Notes under the pieces: model-generated | Told to the model about the DNA's origin: nothing | Seen by the model: only the letters and a program-made list of their open reading frames with translations | The model's database searches: none | Part shown: positions 19,759-27,411 of the stretch, piece after piece | How the letters are laid out: every line of letters starts with the position of its first letter | Position numbering within the stretch: position 1 is the stretch's first letter | Program-made: the position numbers and the translations under genes | Virus record (IMG/VR): IMGVR_UViG_3300009537_002640 | Location: 142,496-206,495 of that record | Direction: 5' to 3' (one strand) | Length of the DNA: 64,000 nt

Positions 19759-20709
19759 TTAGGAGGCGTCTTCCTCACCAACCTCCTTAATCTTCATCAC
19801 AGTAGCGCCTTCAGCAGTTTTGGTGGCCACCTGAGAATCAAATCTTTCCTCGGCTTCGTCCTCTATGATTTTATCACCAATGACTTGTGCCTCAACTTCA
19901 ATGACGGTAGCCTCGGGCAAATCATCCACTTTTACACCCAGCTCTTCTGCCCTTTTGTTAAGAGCCTGAATTAAATCCATATCCCGTTCCGCTAAAAATG
20001 TACCCTCTTGCGGAGTTATTACATTTCCTCGAACACTAGGCTTAATTTCTTGCTGAACTGGTGGAATTGGCAAATCCTCAGGTTCATCAGCTGGTGGCTT
20101 TGTTACCACAAACGGCTGCGACTGATTAACTTGATTAGCTGGTTGTGCCACTTTGCCCATCGGATGACTTAGTGCTGCCTGCTGTGCTTGCATAGTAACT
20201 ACAGACTGCTTGCTGATTGGGTTAGTAGTCCCAACAGGTTCTGCTTGTGCCTCAGCAGGTGGAGCAGGTTCTTCGTCCTGCTTAGCTGATACTACAACTG
20301 CAGCACCAACTCTTTCCTGCGACACGGCCTCACCCAAGTCATTAATCCCATAATCGGCGAACCCAAAACCTTCAGAGCTTTCTTCCTCCTCAAGCTTAGG
20401 ATTTCCTGGCTCTACCACTACCGAAGTATTGGTCTTCTTAACTAGAACAGGCTCATTGCTCTGCTTAATATGATCCAATGTTGCAGGACGTGGAGTGCTT
20501 GGCCCCTCTACAGGAACAAGAACGCCACTGCTCAGTCTTTTTGCCAAAGAACCACTTTCTAGCGAAGCCTTAACCTTATCTTGAGTTAGATAAGGATTAA
20601 CCTTGAACACATTAACTGTCTTGCCACGAGGAACCTTGACACCCAAATCACTGAGACTAACATCGGACGCACTATCATTTCTTAACCACAGCGTTGCTTC
20701 CTTAGTCAT
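19759..20709 (-). CDS. Hypothetical protein with folded N-terminal domain and acidic/Pro-rich tail, 316 aa
   Basis: Intact ORF with GGAG RBS. Confidence 0.6.
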   Translation of the reverse strand: MTKEATLWLRNDSASDVSLSDLGVKVPRGKTVNVFKVNPYLTQDKVKASLESGSLAKRLSSGVLVPVEGPSTPRPATLDHIKQSNEPVLVKKTNTSVVVEPGNPKLEEEESSEGFGFADYGINDLGEAVSQERVGAAVVVSAKQDEEPAPPAEAQAEPVGTTNPISKQSVVTMQAQQAALSHPMGKVAQPANQVNQSQPFVVTKPPADEPEDLPIPPVQQEIKPSVRGNVITPQEGTFLAERDMDLIQALNKRAEELGVKVDDLPEATVIEVEAQVIGDKIIEDEAEERFDSQVATKTAEGATVMKIKEVGEEDAS

Positions 20710-20711
20710 AC

Positions 20712-20957
20712 TTACTCTCCTTGATCTTCTGGTGCTTCTTCGGTAACCTTAACTTGCTCTGCCTGCTCTCCGTGATGGTTAGCGCCTAGAACATAGGATA
20801 CCTTCTGTCCGGGCTTTAGGGTCTTGAAACCGCCCATATCTATATTGCTCCAGTGTACAAATAAATCACCGGAACCGTCATCCTTGGTTATAAAACCAAT
20901 ACCCTTTTTTGGGTCGAACCAGCACACTTTGCCGGTCAATACTGTATTATCTGACAT
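20712..20957 (-). CDS. csp: Cold-shock domain protein (CspA family), 81 aa
   Basis: GKVCWFDPKKGIGFI (RNP1) and DLFVHWS (RNP2), GGFKTLKPGQKVSY. Confidence 0.93.
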   Translation of the reverse strand: MSDNTVLTGKVCWFDPKKGIGFITKDDGSGDLFVHWSNIDMGGFKTLKPGQKVSYVLGANHHGEQAEQVKVTEEAPEDQGE

Positions 20958-20983
20958 CTTCTGTCTCCTCTTTATTTCTTCAT

Positions 20984-21044
20984 AAAATGCGCGGATTTAT
21001 ATACCGCGCTGAAGCTTAATTGTGGCAGAATATACACCTCTGCC
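20984..21044 (-). promoter_or_regulatory. Two stem-loops in the leader of the cold-shock gene
   Basis: GGCAGA/TCTGCC (21024-21044) and GCGCGG/CCGCGC (20989-21009), the latter followed by AUUUU on the mRNA. Confidence 0.45.
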
Positions 21045-21060
21045 TACACTAATATGAGAA

Positions 21061-21070
21061 ATATTAGTAG
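21061..21070 (-). promoter_or_regulatory. Putative late promoter motif (CTACTAATAT)
   Basis: Intergenic TAYTAATA copy, 104 nt upstream of csp; forms an inverted repeat with ACTAATAT at 21048-21055. Confidence 0.55.
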
Positions 21071-21071
21071 T

Positions 21072-21371
21072 TTACTCGTCGCTATTATTTGAATCAGTGG
21101 AATCCTGTTCAGGCTGTGGAGGAGGAGCGATTAGCCCTTCTTCCTCGGCTGCCAGCTCCAGCACAACAGAAATAGCGCCTCGGGTTCTGAGTAGGTCTTC
21201 TTCTATGCCCTTAAGCCTCAGACGAAGCGATTTCAGCTCTTCCTGCTGTATATTTTGGAGGGTTTCTAGCTCTTTCAACTTCTTCACATACTTCCTGGTA
21301 GAGTCCTTTAATGCGCTATCTTCTCCTGCACGTTCATTCAAGTACCCTATTACATCTTGCTCTGTAACCAT
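21072..21371 (-). CDS. Coiled-coil hypothetical protein, 99 aa
   Basis: GGAG RBS; heptad pattern. Confidence 0.6.
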   Translation of the reverse strand: MVTEQDVIGYLNERAGEDSALKDSTRKYVKKLKELETLQNIQQEELKSLRLRLKGIEEDLLRTRGAISVVLELAAEEEGLIAPPPQPEQDSTDSNNSDE

Positions 21372-21374
21372 ATC

Positions 21375-22022
21375 TTACTCTCCTATAATCTTATGGTAAA
21401 CCTTACCATCTTCAATTATCAGGTAAGTTCCATCCAGCATTATGCTACCGCTATCATGGATGTGCTTACCGTCCTTATATTGGGTTCCTGTTAAGTGTGT
21501 ATGTCCCATAAGGATATTGTCGCCAGGATTCCCAAAATTGTCTATGATTTCCTCTCGTTTTCTTCTGGTTCTTTCTTCGTATAAGGGGTTATCTCTCATC
21601 ATCGTCTGAAAGTCTAACTTGAACAAACGATGGCCCCAAGAATGGATATTCGCTAGAATTTTAGAATACCACGCTTGGTCATAAAATGGATACACCTGAT
21701 GCCCATGCAGAGCCAAAAAGTGCTTATCGAATCTATACATATTAAACACTTTAGCGCCAGGAATATAGTGTTGGTCAGCCTTTACTGGGTCGTGATTTCC
21801 TGCGACCCAGATGACCGGAATATCTCTTGCTATATCGACTATCGCATCTATCACCTTGCTTTCTCTAACTGCTCGACGATAACCTAACATCCAACAGTCC
21901 ACTATATCACCATTTAGGAGTAGTCTATCATAGTCTTCTTTCTTCAACAACTCAACAATGTCGTCTTCGTTTCTTAGACGTGCATCACCAACATGCAGGT
22001 CAGAAAAGACTAATGTTCTCAT
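21375..22022 (-). CDS. Calcineurin-like metallophosphoesterase (LpxH-like motif set), 215 aa
   Basis: SDLHVG, GDIVD, GNHD, HGH and GHTH motifs in canonical order. Confidence 0.9.
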   Translation of the reverse strand: MRTLVFSDLHVGDARLRNEDDIVELLKKEDYDRLLLNGDIVDCWMLGYRRAVRESKVIDAIVDIARDIPVIWVAGNHDPVKADQHYIPGAKVFNMYRFDKHFLALHGHQVYPFYDQAWYSKILANIHSWGHRLFKLDFQTMMRDNPLYEERTRRKREEIIDNFGNPGDNILMGHTHLTGTQYKDGKHIHDSGSIMLDGTYLIIEDGKVYHKIIGE

Positions 22023-22023
22023 T

Positions 22024-22884
22024 TTACTGTGCCTTTTTAGCCACCATATAACCGTGAGAAATCATCTTCTGGATTTCGTCCGGATTGAATTCCAGTAGGC
22101 TTTCGCTTAGGATTTTCTCGGGACGATAAACATTAATCTTCACATACTTTTTGTCAGGACGCGCCCCTACTTTAACTAGCTCATTTATTAGTAGAGCAAT
22201 CCTAACATCATTTTGTGCAGTTTCGTCTGACATGATAGACACGCTTCGGAGTGCAACTTCCAAAGTGTTTCCTGGATTAGCTTGAATCTGATCCATGCTT
22301 TCTGTTGAGCAAAGAATAACATCTACTTCGTCTGCACCCAAACCAATAACATTACCAAGAGGAGTAACATCACGAACTCCGCCATCTGTATAAAGTTCGC
22401 CCTCTAGCTCGACAGGTAAAAGCATTCCTGGAAAAGCTGCACTACCAAGAACAGCATCTGCTAAACGTGGGTAATCTTCGCCAAACATCCTATAATCTCC
22501 AGACTTCAAAGATACCGCGCCAACTCGTAATGTGTTGCCAGATGCTAAAATTTTCTTTTGGTCAAGGGTTCTATATATCATTTCTTGTAAAGGCTTCGAG
22601 TTGAAAAGTGCATTTTTCCAAAGCCCATGCAGTTTTCCAAAAGGACACCATCTCTTATAGACACTTTTAGTATCTATTTTAGACCACAAACCCTCAAGAC
22701 CAGCAATAGCCTGACCCTTTTGTTCTGGCTTAAACATGGCTAGATAGGCGGCGTTAATAGCGCCTACCGAAACCCCCAAATAAGTATCGTACTGTAATCC
22801 TTTGTCACCCATAAGGTGCTTCAATACTCCAACTTGAAACGCGCCGAACTGTCCCCCGCCGCTCAATATCAGTGCTCTTTTCAT
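22024..22884 (-). CDS. Patatin-like phospholipase, 286 aa
   Basis: LSGGGQFGAFQVG oxyanion loop, GVSVG nucleophile elbow, DGG catalytic Asp. Confidence 0.92.
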   Translation of the reverse strand: MKRALILSGGGQFGAFQVGVLKHLMGDKGLQYDTYLGVSVGAINAAYLAMFKPEQKGQAIAGLEGLWSKIDTKSVYKRWCPFGKLHGLWKNALFNSKPLQEMIYRTLDQKKILASGNTLRVGAVSLKSGDYRMFGEDYPRLADAVLGSAAFPGMLLPVELEGELYTDGGVRDVTPLGNVIGLGADEVDVILCSTESMDQIQANPGNTLEVALRSVSIMSDETAQNDVRIALLINELVKVGARPDKKYVKINVYRPEKILSESLLEFNPDEIQKMISHGYMVAKKAQ

Positions 22885-23744
22885 TATTCATCCTCCGATG
22901 TTCCATAGAAAGTTGCTACCGCTATATCTCCAGTAAAAGCCATATCATTTTCAAGTTTAATCCTAATCTCCATTCCGTACGACGACACTAAGTCTGTAGT
23001 TCCGCGATCTTTGTAGTGCCATCTAAATATGTGTATAGGGCCCTTCATTGCCCTCCATCCGGACCCACCCATTTGCGGAATATTTGGATAAGCCAGTTGT
23101 GCATCGTTTATGTAATCTTGCATGGTCTGATAATAGGTTGCGCTACCTATTGGTATCTTTGTCCCAGACGGTATTCCGGGCATTAGCTGTGGTGCGAATA
23201 CATCTACAAACCCATAGGCTTGGAATACCACAGTATCGGTAAGTACTATTGTTTCAGCACTAAACTGAACTTCTACTTCAGTCACCCTTAATACCTTGCC
23301 ACTATCCGGTGCAATAGTCCAAGAAGAACCAGTCTCATAATAATAGGTCATTAGCACCTCTGGGTCTCCGACCAACGCTGAGTTGAAAATTACCTGACCA
23401 TTGTCGTAGTCTATAGTGTAATCACCATCATAGGCATCCGGGCTGTTTTCAGTTTTAGCATATCCGTCAACTGTTATGGTTGGACTATATTGTGCACGTA
23501 GCTTTCGCTCACCAGTTATTTTGCCGTGATTGACATCAATAAGATAATCGTTCGCTATAGAAAAAGTGGTAGCATCACCATCATCGGTAAGAACTTCATC
23601 TTCTACCAGTGTAGAAGAAGGATACCAGGTTGTACGATCGCACCAGTTTACTGATATAATATCCACCCTTTTTTCTTCGGGCGCAGATATATCAATTTTA
23701 GGATACCCCCTAGTAGAGGTAGGAGTTTTTCTAAAGTCTGTCAT
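22884..23744 (-). CDS. Virion structural/tail-associated protein, 286 aa
   Basis: Beta-rich; DGY motif; translationally coupled on both sides. Confidence 0.6.
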   Translation of the reverse strand: MTDFRKTPTSTRGYPKIDISAPEEKRVDIISVNWCDRTTWYPSSTLVEDEVLTDDGDATTFSIANDYLIDVNHGKITGERKLRAQYSPTITVDGYAKTENSPDAYDGDYTIDYDNGQVIFNSALVGDPEVLMTYYYETGSSWTIAPDSGKVLRVTEVEVQFSAETIVLTDTVVFQAYGFVDVFAPQLMPGIPSGTKIPIGSATYYQTMQDYINDAQLAYPNIPQMGGSGWRAMKGPIHIFRWHYKDRGTTDLVSSYGMEIRIKLENDMAFTGDIAVATFYGTSEDE

Positions 23745-25003
23745 TATGTTAGATCCTCCTTGCCATAATGAATGAATGCTCTAAATCTGGTTAGACTTGA
23801 TAAATCATCTTTTATAACTATGTCCAACCTCTTATTACCATCTATTCTTATAGATGCTGGTTCTGGCTCTAGCTTAAAGGTTACCATCTTTTCATTGTCA
23901 AAAAAGTCTATTATGTTTTTGGCATCAAATCTTCCAAATAAATCAGTGTTATCCTTTATAGTTATCGACCATCTTACTGGAGAAGATTCATACGCATCAG
24001 GATTGTATTGTCTTATGATAATTCCGTTTTCTAGTCCACCAGCGATGTTAGCAAATGCCGTAGAACTCCACCCTGAGTCACCAGTAGCTATAACAAAACA
24101 TATGGACCCTACATGCCAAGCCTCATACGCATCGGGTGTTACGGAAAAAGTGTATGGCCCATTTGCTGCTCCGCTATCAAGCAACTCTATGTCGTCAAAG
24201 TAAAAGTGTTGTCCGCCCTTGCTCGCGTACTTAAAATGTAGTTTTTGAACCAAATTACTACCTAGTTCAAAATCAGCAATAGGGATTGTTACTTTCTGCC
24301 AAACATCTAAATCAAAATCAGCAACATAATCGGCCACACTTAAAGCAGTGCCTTTGGTTGAACCGCCTGATGCTTTCCATAATACCTGTAAGTCAGAGCC
24401 AGCAGGATAAGCCTTAGGTTGCATCCAGAAAGACAAGGTAGAGTAGTTGGCAGCAATATCTAGTTCACTTCCATTATCTAGTTTAGTCTGATTGCCTGCC
24501 GAAGTGGTGGTTGAGTCTAATCCATCTGTTCCACTATGTGCTGCTGAAGCCGAGTTCTCTCCCTGTCCAGTTAGCTCCCAATCATCACCAGCATCAGCGG
24601 TTCCATTCCATACTACTGTAGCTGAGCCAGACAAACTAGCATCCATTGCCAACTCTTCATATCCATCAGGGGTTTGTAAGAATTTCGCTTGGCTTAAACA
24701 TAACTCTCTATGTGCGGTTACAGGGGTGTTATTAGAGGTTACTGGTTTTGGACGAATATTCTCAAGCCCAACTATTGTGGCTATAGCATCATCCCTGCGT
24801 CCAACCTCAATAACATCATCATAAAAATTAGCCTCAAAGTCGCCCCAGGTGTCAGCAACTACCCGTGTCTCATAAACAGTATCGCGGTTACCTGCCCAAA
24901 GAGTGCCCTTTTGATAGCCGTCCTCCCAGAAGTATACCTGGAAGCTATTGTTTTGAACTACTTGTTTCCAAACAGAGTAGCTGGTATGAAGTATATCTGT
25001 CAT
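23744..25003 (-). CDS. Tail-associated protein with galactose-binding/CBM-like beta-sandwich, about 419 aa
   Basis: Start refined to 25003 (ATGA overlap); TLSFWMQP...WQKVTIPIADF...HFYFDDIEL pattern typical of CBM-like jelly rolls. Confidence 0.55.
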   Translation of the reverse strand: MTDILHTSYSVWKQVVQNNSFQVYFWEDGYQKGTLWAGNRDTVYETRVVADTWGDFEANFYDDVIEVGRRDDAIATIVGLENIRPKPVTSNNTPVTAHRELCLSQAKFLQTPDGYEELAMDASLSGSATVVWNGTADAGDDWELTGQGENSASAAHSGTDGLDSTTTSAGNQTKLDNGSELDIAANYSTLSFWMQPKAYPAGSDLQVLWKASGGSTKGTALSVADYVADFDLDVWQKVTIPIADFELGSNLVQKLHFKYASKGGQHFYFDDIELLDSGAANGPYTFSVTPDAYEAWHVGSICFVIATGDSGWSSTAFANIAGGLENGIIIRQYNPDAYESSPVRWSITIKDNTDLFGRFDAKNIIDFFDNEKMVTFKLEPEPASIRIDGNKRLDIVIKDDLSSLTRFRAFIHYGKEDLT

Positions 25004-25581
25004 AGAGCCCTCCAAACTATAATGCCACTTTGTATATCTCGGCTAGTACTATTATCTGTAGATTTCATTTTGACTTGTAATGATGTATCTATGCACAATG
25101 GGTCAGGCGGCACCCACATCCAACGATTAGGTGCATATTGAAAAATATCAAAATTGCTTGTCGAATTACCGGAGCTACCATAACTATAATAGCCACTGTT
25201 ACCGCCGGTTCCTAACTGCATATCCTCTAACTCCTCTAAATCAAATCCATCACCTGTTGGAAACACATCTGTGCCATCAATGGTTACTTGAATATATATG
25301 TGGTCTGAGTCTACCTCAAATAGCAACTTGTAAAATATAGCTGGACCGTTAATAGTATGAACAACATCAAACCCGCTACTGTATTTGGGTAAATCATGAT
25401 CATCCAATCGTTCGTATTTGAGGTTTTCTACACACCCTCCTCCATCACTACCAGGAAAAGGCCGCGTTTTGGCAGAGACAAGCACCCTATTAGCATCTAT
25501 AGCTGCATCTCTCTCTACACTAATGGGATTCCCATATCCATCAGTAGCTGTAACTGGATTTAATACTACTACTCCGCTCAT
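25000..25581 (-). CDS. Virion structural protein, 193 aa
   Basis: Beta-rich ORF in fibre cluster; DGY near N-terminus. Confidence 0.55.
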   Translation of the reverse strand: MSGVVVLNPVTATDGYGNPISVERDAAIDANRVLVSAKTRPFPGSDGGGCVENLKYERLDDHDLPKYSSGFDVVHTINGPAIFYKLLFEVDSDHIYIQVTIDGTDVFPTGDGFDLEELEDMQLGTGGNSGYYSYGSSGNSTSNFDIFQYAPNRWMWVPPDPLCIDTSLQVKMKSTDNSTSRDIQSGIIVWRAL

Positions 25582-26405
25582 GTTAATGTCCTCGTGATAC
25601 TAGTGATTCTGTTGCCTTGATAAGTAAACGTCTCAGTTAGAGTTTCAACTGCAACCCCGCTAGAGTTATATTGGATTGTTACAGCCTGAGATACACGGTT
25701 ACCGTTTGTGTAGCTAAACTGCTCCTCTCTTATCTTGGTGGTTTTTCCTACGTCAGTCCAAACTGTAATGTTTGATACTTTGTTGCCGTTTACATAGGTA
25801 ATTTCTTCAAAAGAATCTTCGGCTATGTTGTGAACTAGCTCATCCAAACCTCTATGATTAGTAGTTTGTAAATATCCATCCAGTGTTCCAGGGGGTAATC
25901 CAGAACCTCCTGAATACCCGTCTAGTGCATTCTGTAAGACGGTGAGCTGGTTGCTTAATATATTTACGTCAGAGACAAGCGCGTATCCATCCAGCAGCGC
26001 TTGAGATATGTATCCATCTAACAAAGCAGAAGATAGGTATCCATCCAGGAAATTCTGAACAAAAGTTACCTGTTGTCTTAGTGCTCTACCAGCATAGCCA
26101 TCTAGGTCTCTTAGAGGAATTCGTTTATGTGTGCCAGTACTCGCATCATAAATCGGTATAAGATGAATGTTTTCATCTGACTCTTGGGTTATTGGAAGAC
26201 TAGATAAATCTAATACTATTTGCACACTGCCTAAAGAGTAGTCTGGCCTAGCATCTCTCCAATCTAAAGAGAGTTGAGAGTAGCCGTCAGTTAGCTCATA
26301 ATCCCCTTGTATGCGCACACCCTCACCAGCTTCCAATGTAGGGCTATCGGGGGTTTGGCCAATGATAATCTCATCAGTTATTGTAGCAGGGTTTGTAACA
26401 GCCAT
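25578..26405 (-). CDS. Fibre-like protein with 7 DGY motifs, 275 aa
   Basis: LDGY repeats in a helical segment; C-terminal beta-repeat (YVNGNKVSNITV / YTNGNRVSQAV / YQGNRITSIT). Confidence 0.6.
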   Translation of the reverse strand: MAVTNPATITDEIIIGQTPDSPTLEAGEGVRIQGDYELTDGYSQLSLDWRDARPDYSLGSVQIVLDLSSLPITQESDENIHLIPIYDASTGTHKRIPLRDLDGYAGRALRQQVTFVQNFLDGYLSSALLDGYISQALLDGYALVSDVNILSNQLTVLQNALDGYSGGSGLPPGTLDGYLQTTNHRGLDELVHNIAEDSFEEITYVNGNKVSNITVWTDVGKTTKIREEQFSYTNGNRVSQAVTIQYNSSGVAVETLTETFTYQGNRITSITRTLT

Positions 26406-26408
26406 GAT

Positions 26409-27398
26409 TTATGCCACCCTCGACATCTGAAACGTTAGCCTATAAATACCACCAAAAAAACTAACAGCAGAACCATTGCCATTGTAAACTCTCATTGTCA
26501 TATAGTCGTTCGCAGATAATTGAACCATCCTAGAGTGTTCTCCGTTCAACTCAATCACATCACCCTGATGCTCATAATGAAGAGAATGAAATGCATCATT
26601 CTTGTAAAAATATATACCCACAACACTTGCTGTATAGGATATAGAACAATGACCAGTAACCTGATATATACCATCTACAGGGGCCACAAGTTTATGAGAA
26701 TTTGCGCGAATTTCATAAGTAGTAGTTCCATCCGGAGTCGTGTCCCATGCATTTCCAACGGTCAAAGTATCAGATGTATTACTAGAAACCTTTCTCCATT
26801 GGCCGGAACCAGTGCCGCCTGTTAGTAAAACTATATAGCCTGTATATGCATTAACAGTCCAAGTTTGGGTTGTATCCTGCAGAGTGGTAGAGGTTTGAGT
26901 TCCAGTAGCCGTTCCACTATCAGTAAGAGACGGATCATGCATCGAAGATTCAGTTTCAAACTCAGTACTATTAAACGGAATATCAGTTGACGCACCAGAT
27001 TTAGTTACTAGTGAAAAAAAATCACTATAAGCACCTACAGCATATGACAGACTCTTCCACGTGCCCACCCCTGTACTATCAGCAGTTAAGACGTACCCAT
27101 CCTGTGCCCCAGGAGGAAGCTGGAAGCCTTGGACTTTAGCTAGCCCATCTACATCCAATTTTTCAGTAGGGGATTCAGTTCCGACACCAAGATTTCCGGC
27201 CACATAACCATCGCCATCACTCTTGGCAAAAAAGGTAACGCCACCAGTGGAGTTGACAGCTCTAACCCCACTGGTGCCATCGTTTGTTGTGACTGCCAGA
27301 AAGACATTATAACCATCAACACCTAACTCATCATTGTCATCACGGATCCACCCTTCGCGGACCCCATCTTCGGGGTCTATTTTACCAAAGGTGCCCAT
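26409..27398 (-). CDS. Tail-fibre-like protein with C-terminal C1q/TNF-like domain, 329 aa
   Basis: GNLGVGTESP fibre motif; C-terminal LVAPVDGIYQV...IYFYKND...VQLSANDYMTMRVYN matches the C1q-like pattern. Confidence 0.65.
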   Translation of the reverse strand: MGTFGKIDPEDGVREGWIRDDNDELGVDGYNVFLAVTTNDGTSGVRAVNSTGGVTFFAKSDGDGYVAGNLGVGTESPTEKLDVDGLAKVQGFQLPPGAQDGYVLTADSTGVGTWKSLSYAVGAYSDFFSLVTKSGASTDIPFNSTEFETESSMHDPSLTDSGTATGTQTSTTLQDTTQTWTVNAYTGYIVLLTGGTGSGQWRKVSSNTSDTLTVGNAWDTTPDGTTTYEIRANSHKLVAPVDGIYQVTGHCSISYTASVVGIYFYKNDAFHSLHYEHQGDVIELNGEHSRMVQLSANDYMTMRVYNGNGSAVSFFGGIYRLTFQMSRVA

Positions 27399-27411
27399 TA
27401 GTTATAGCCTC

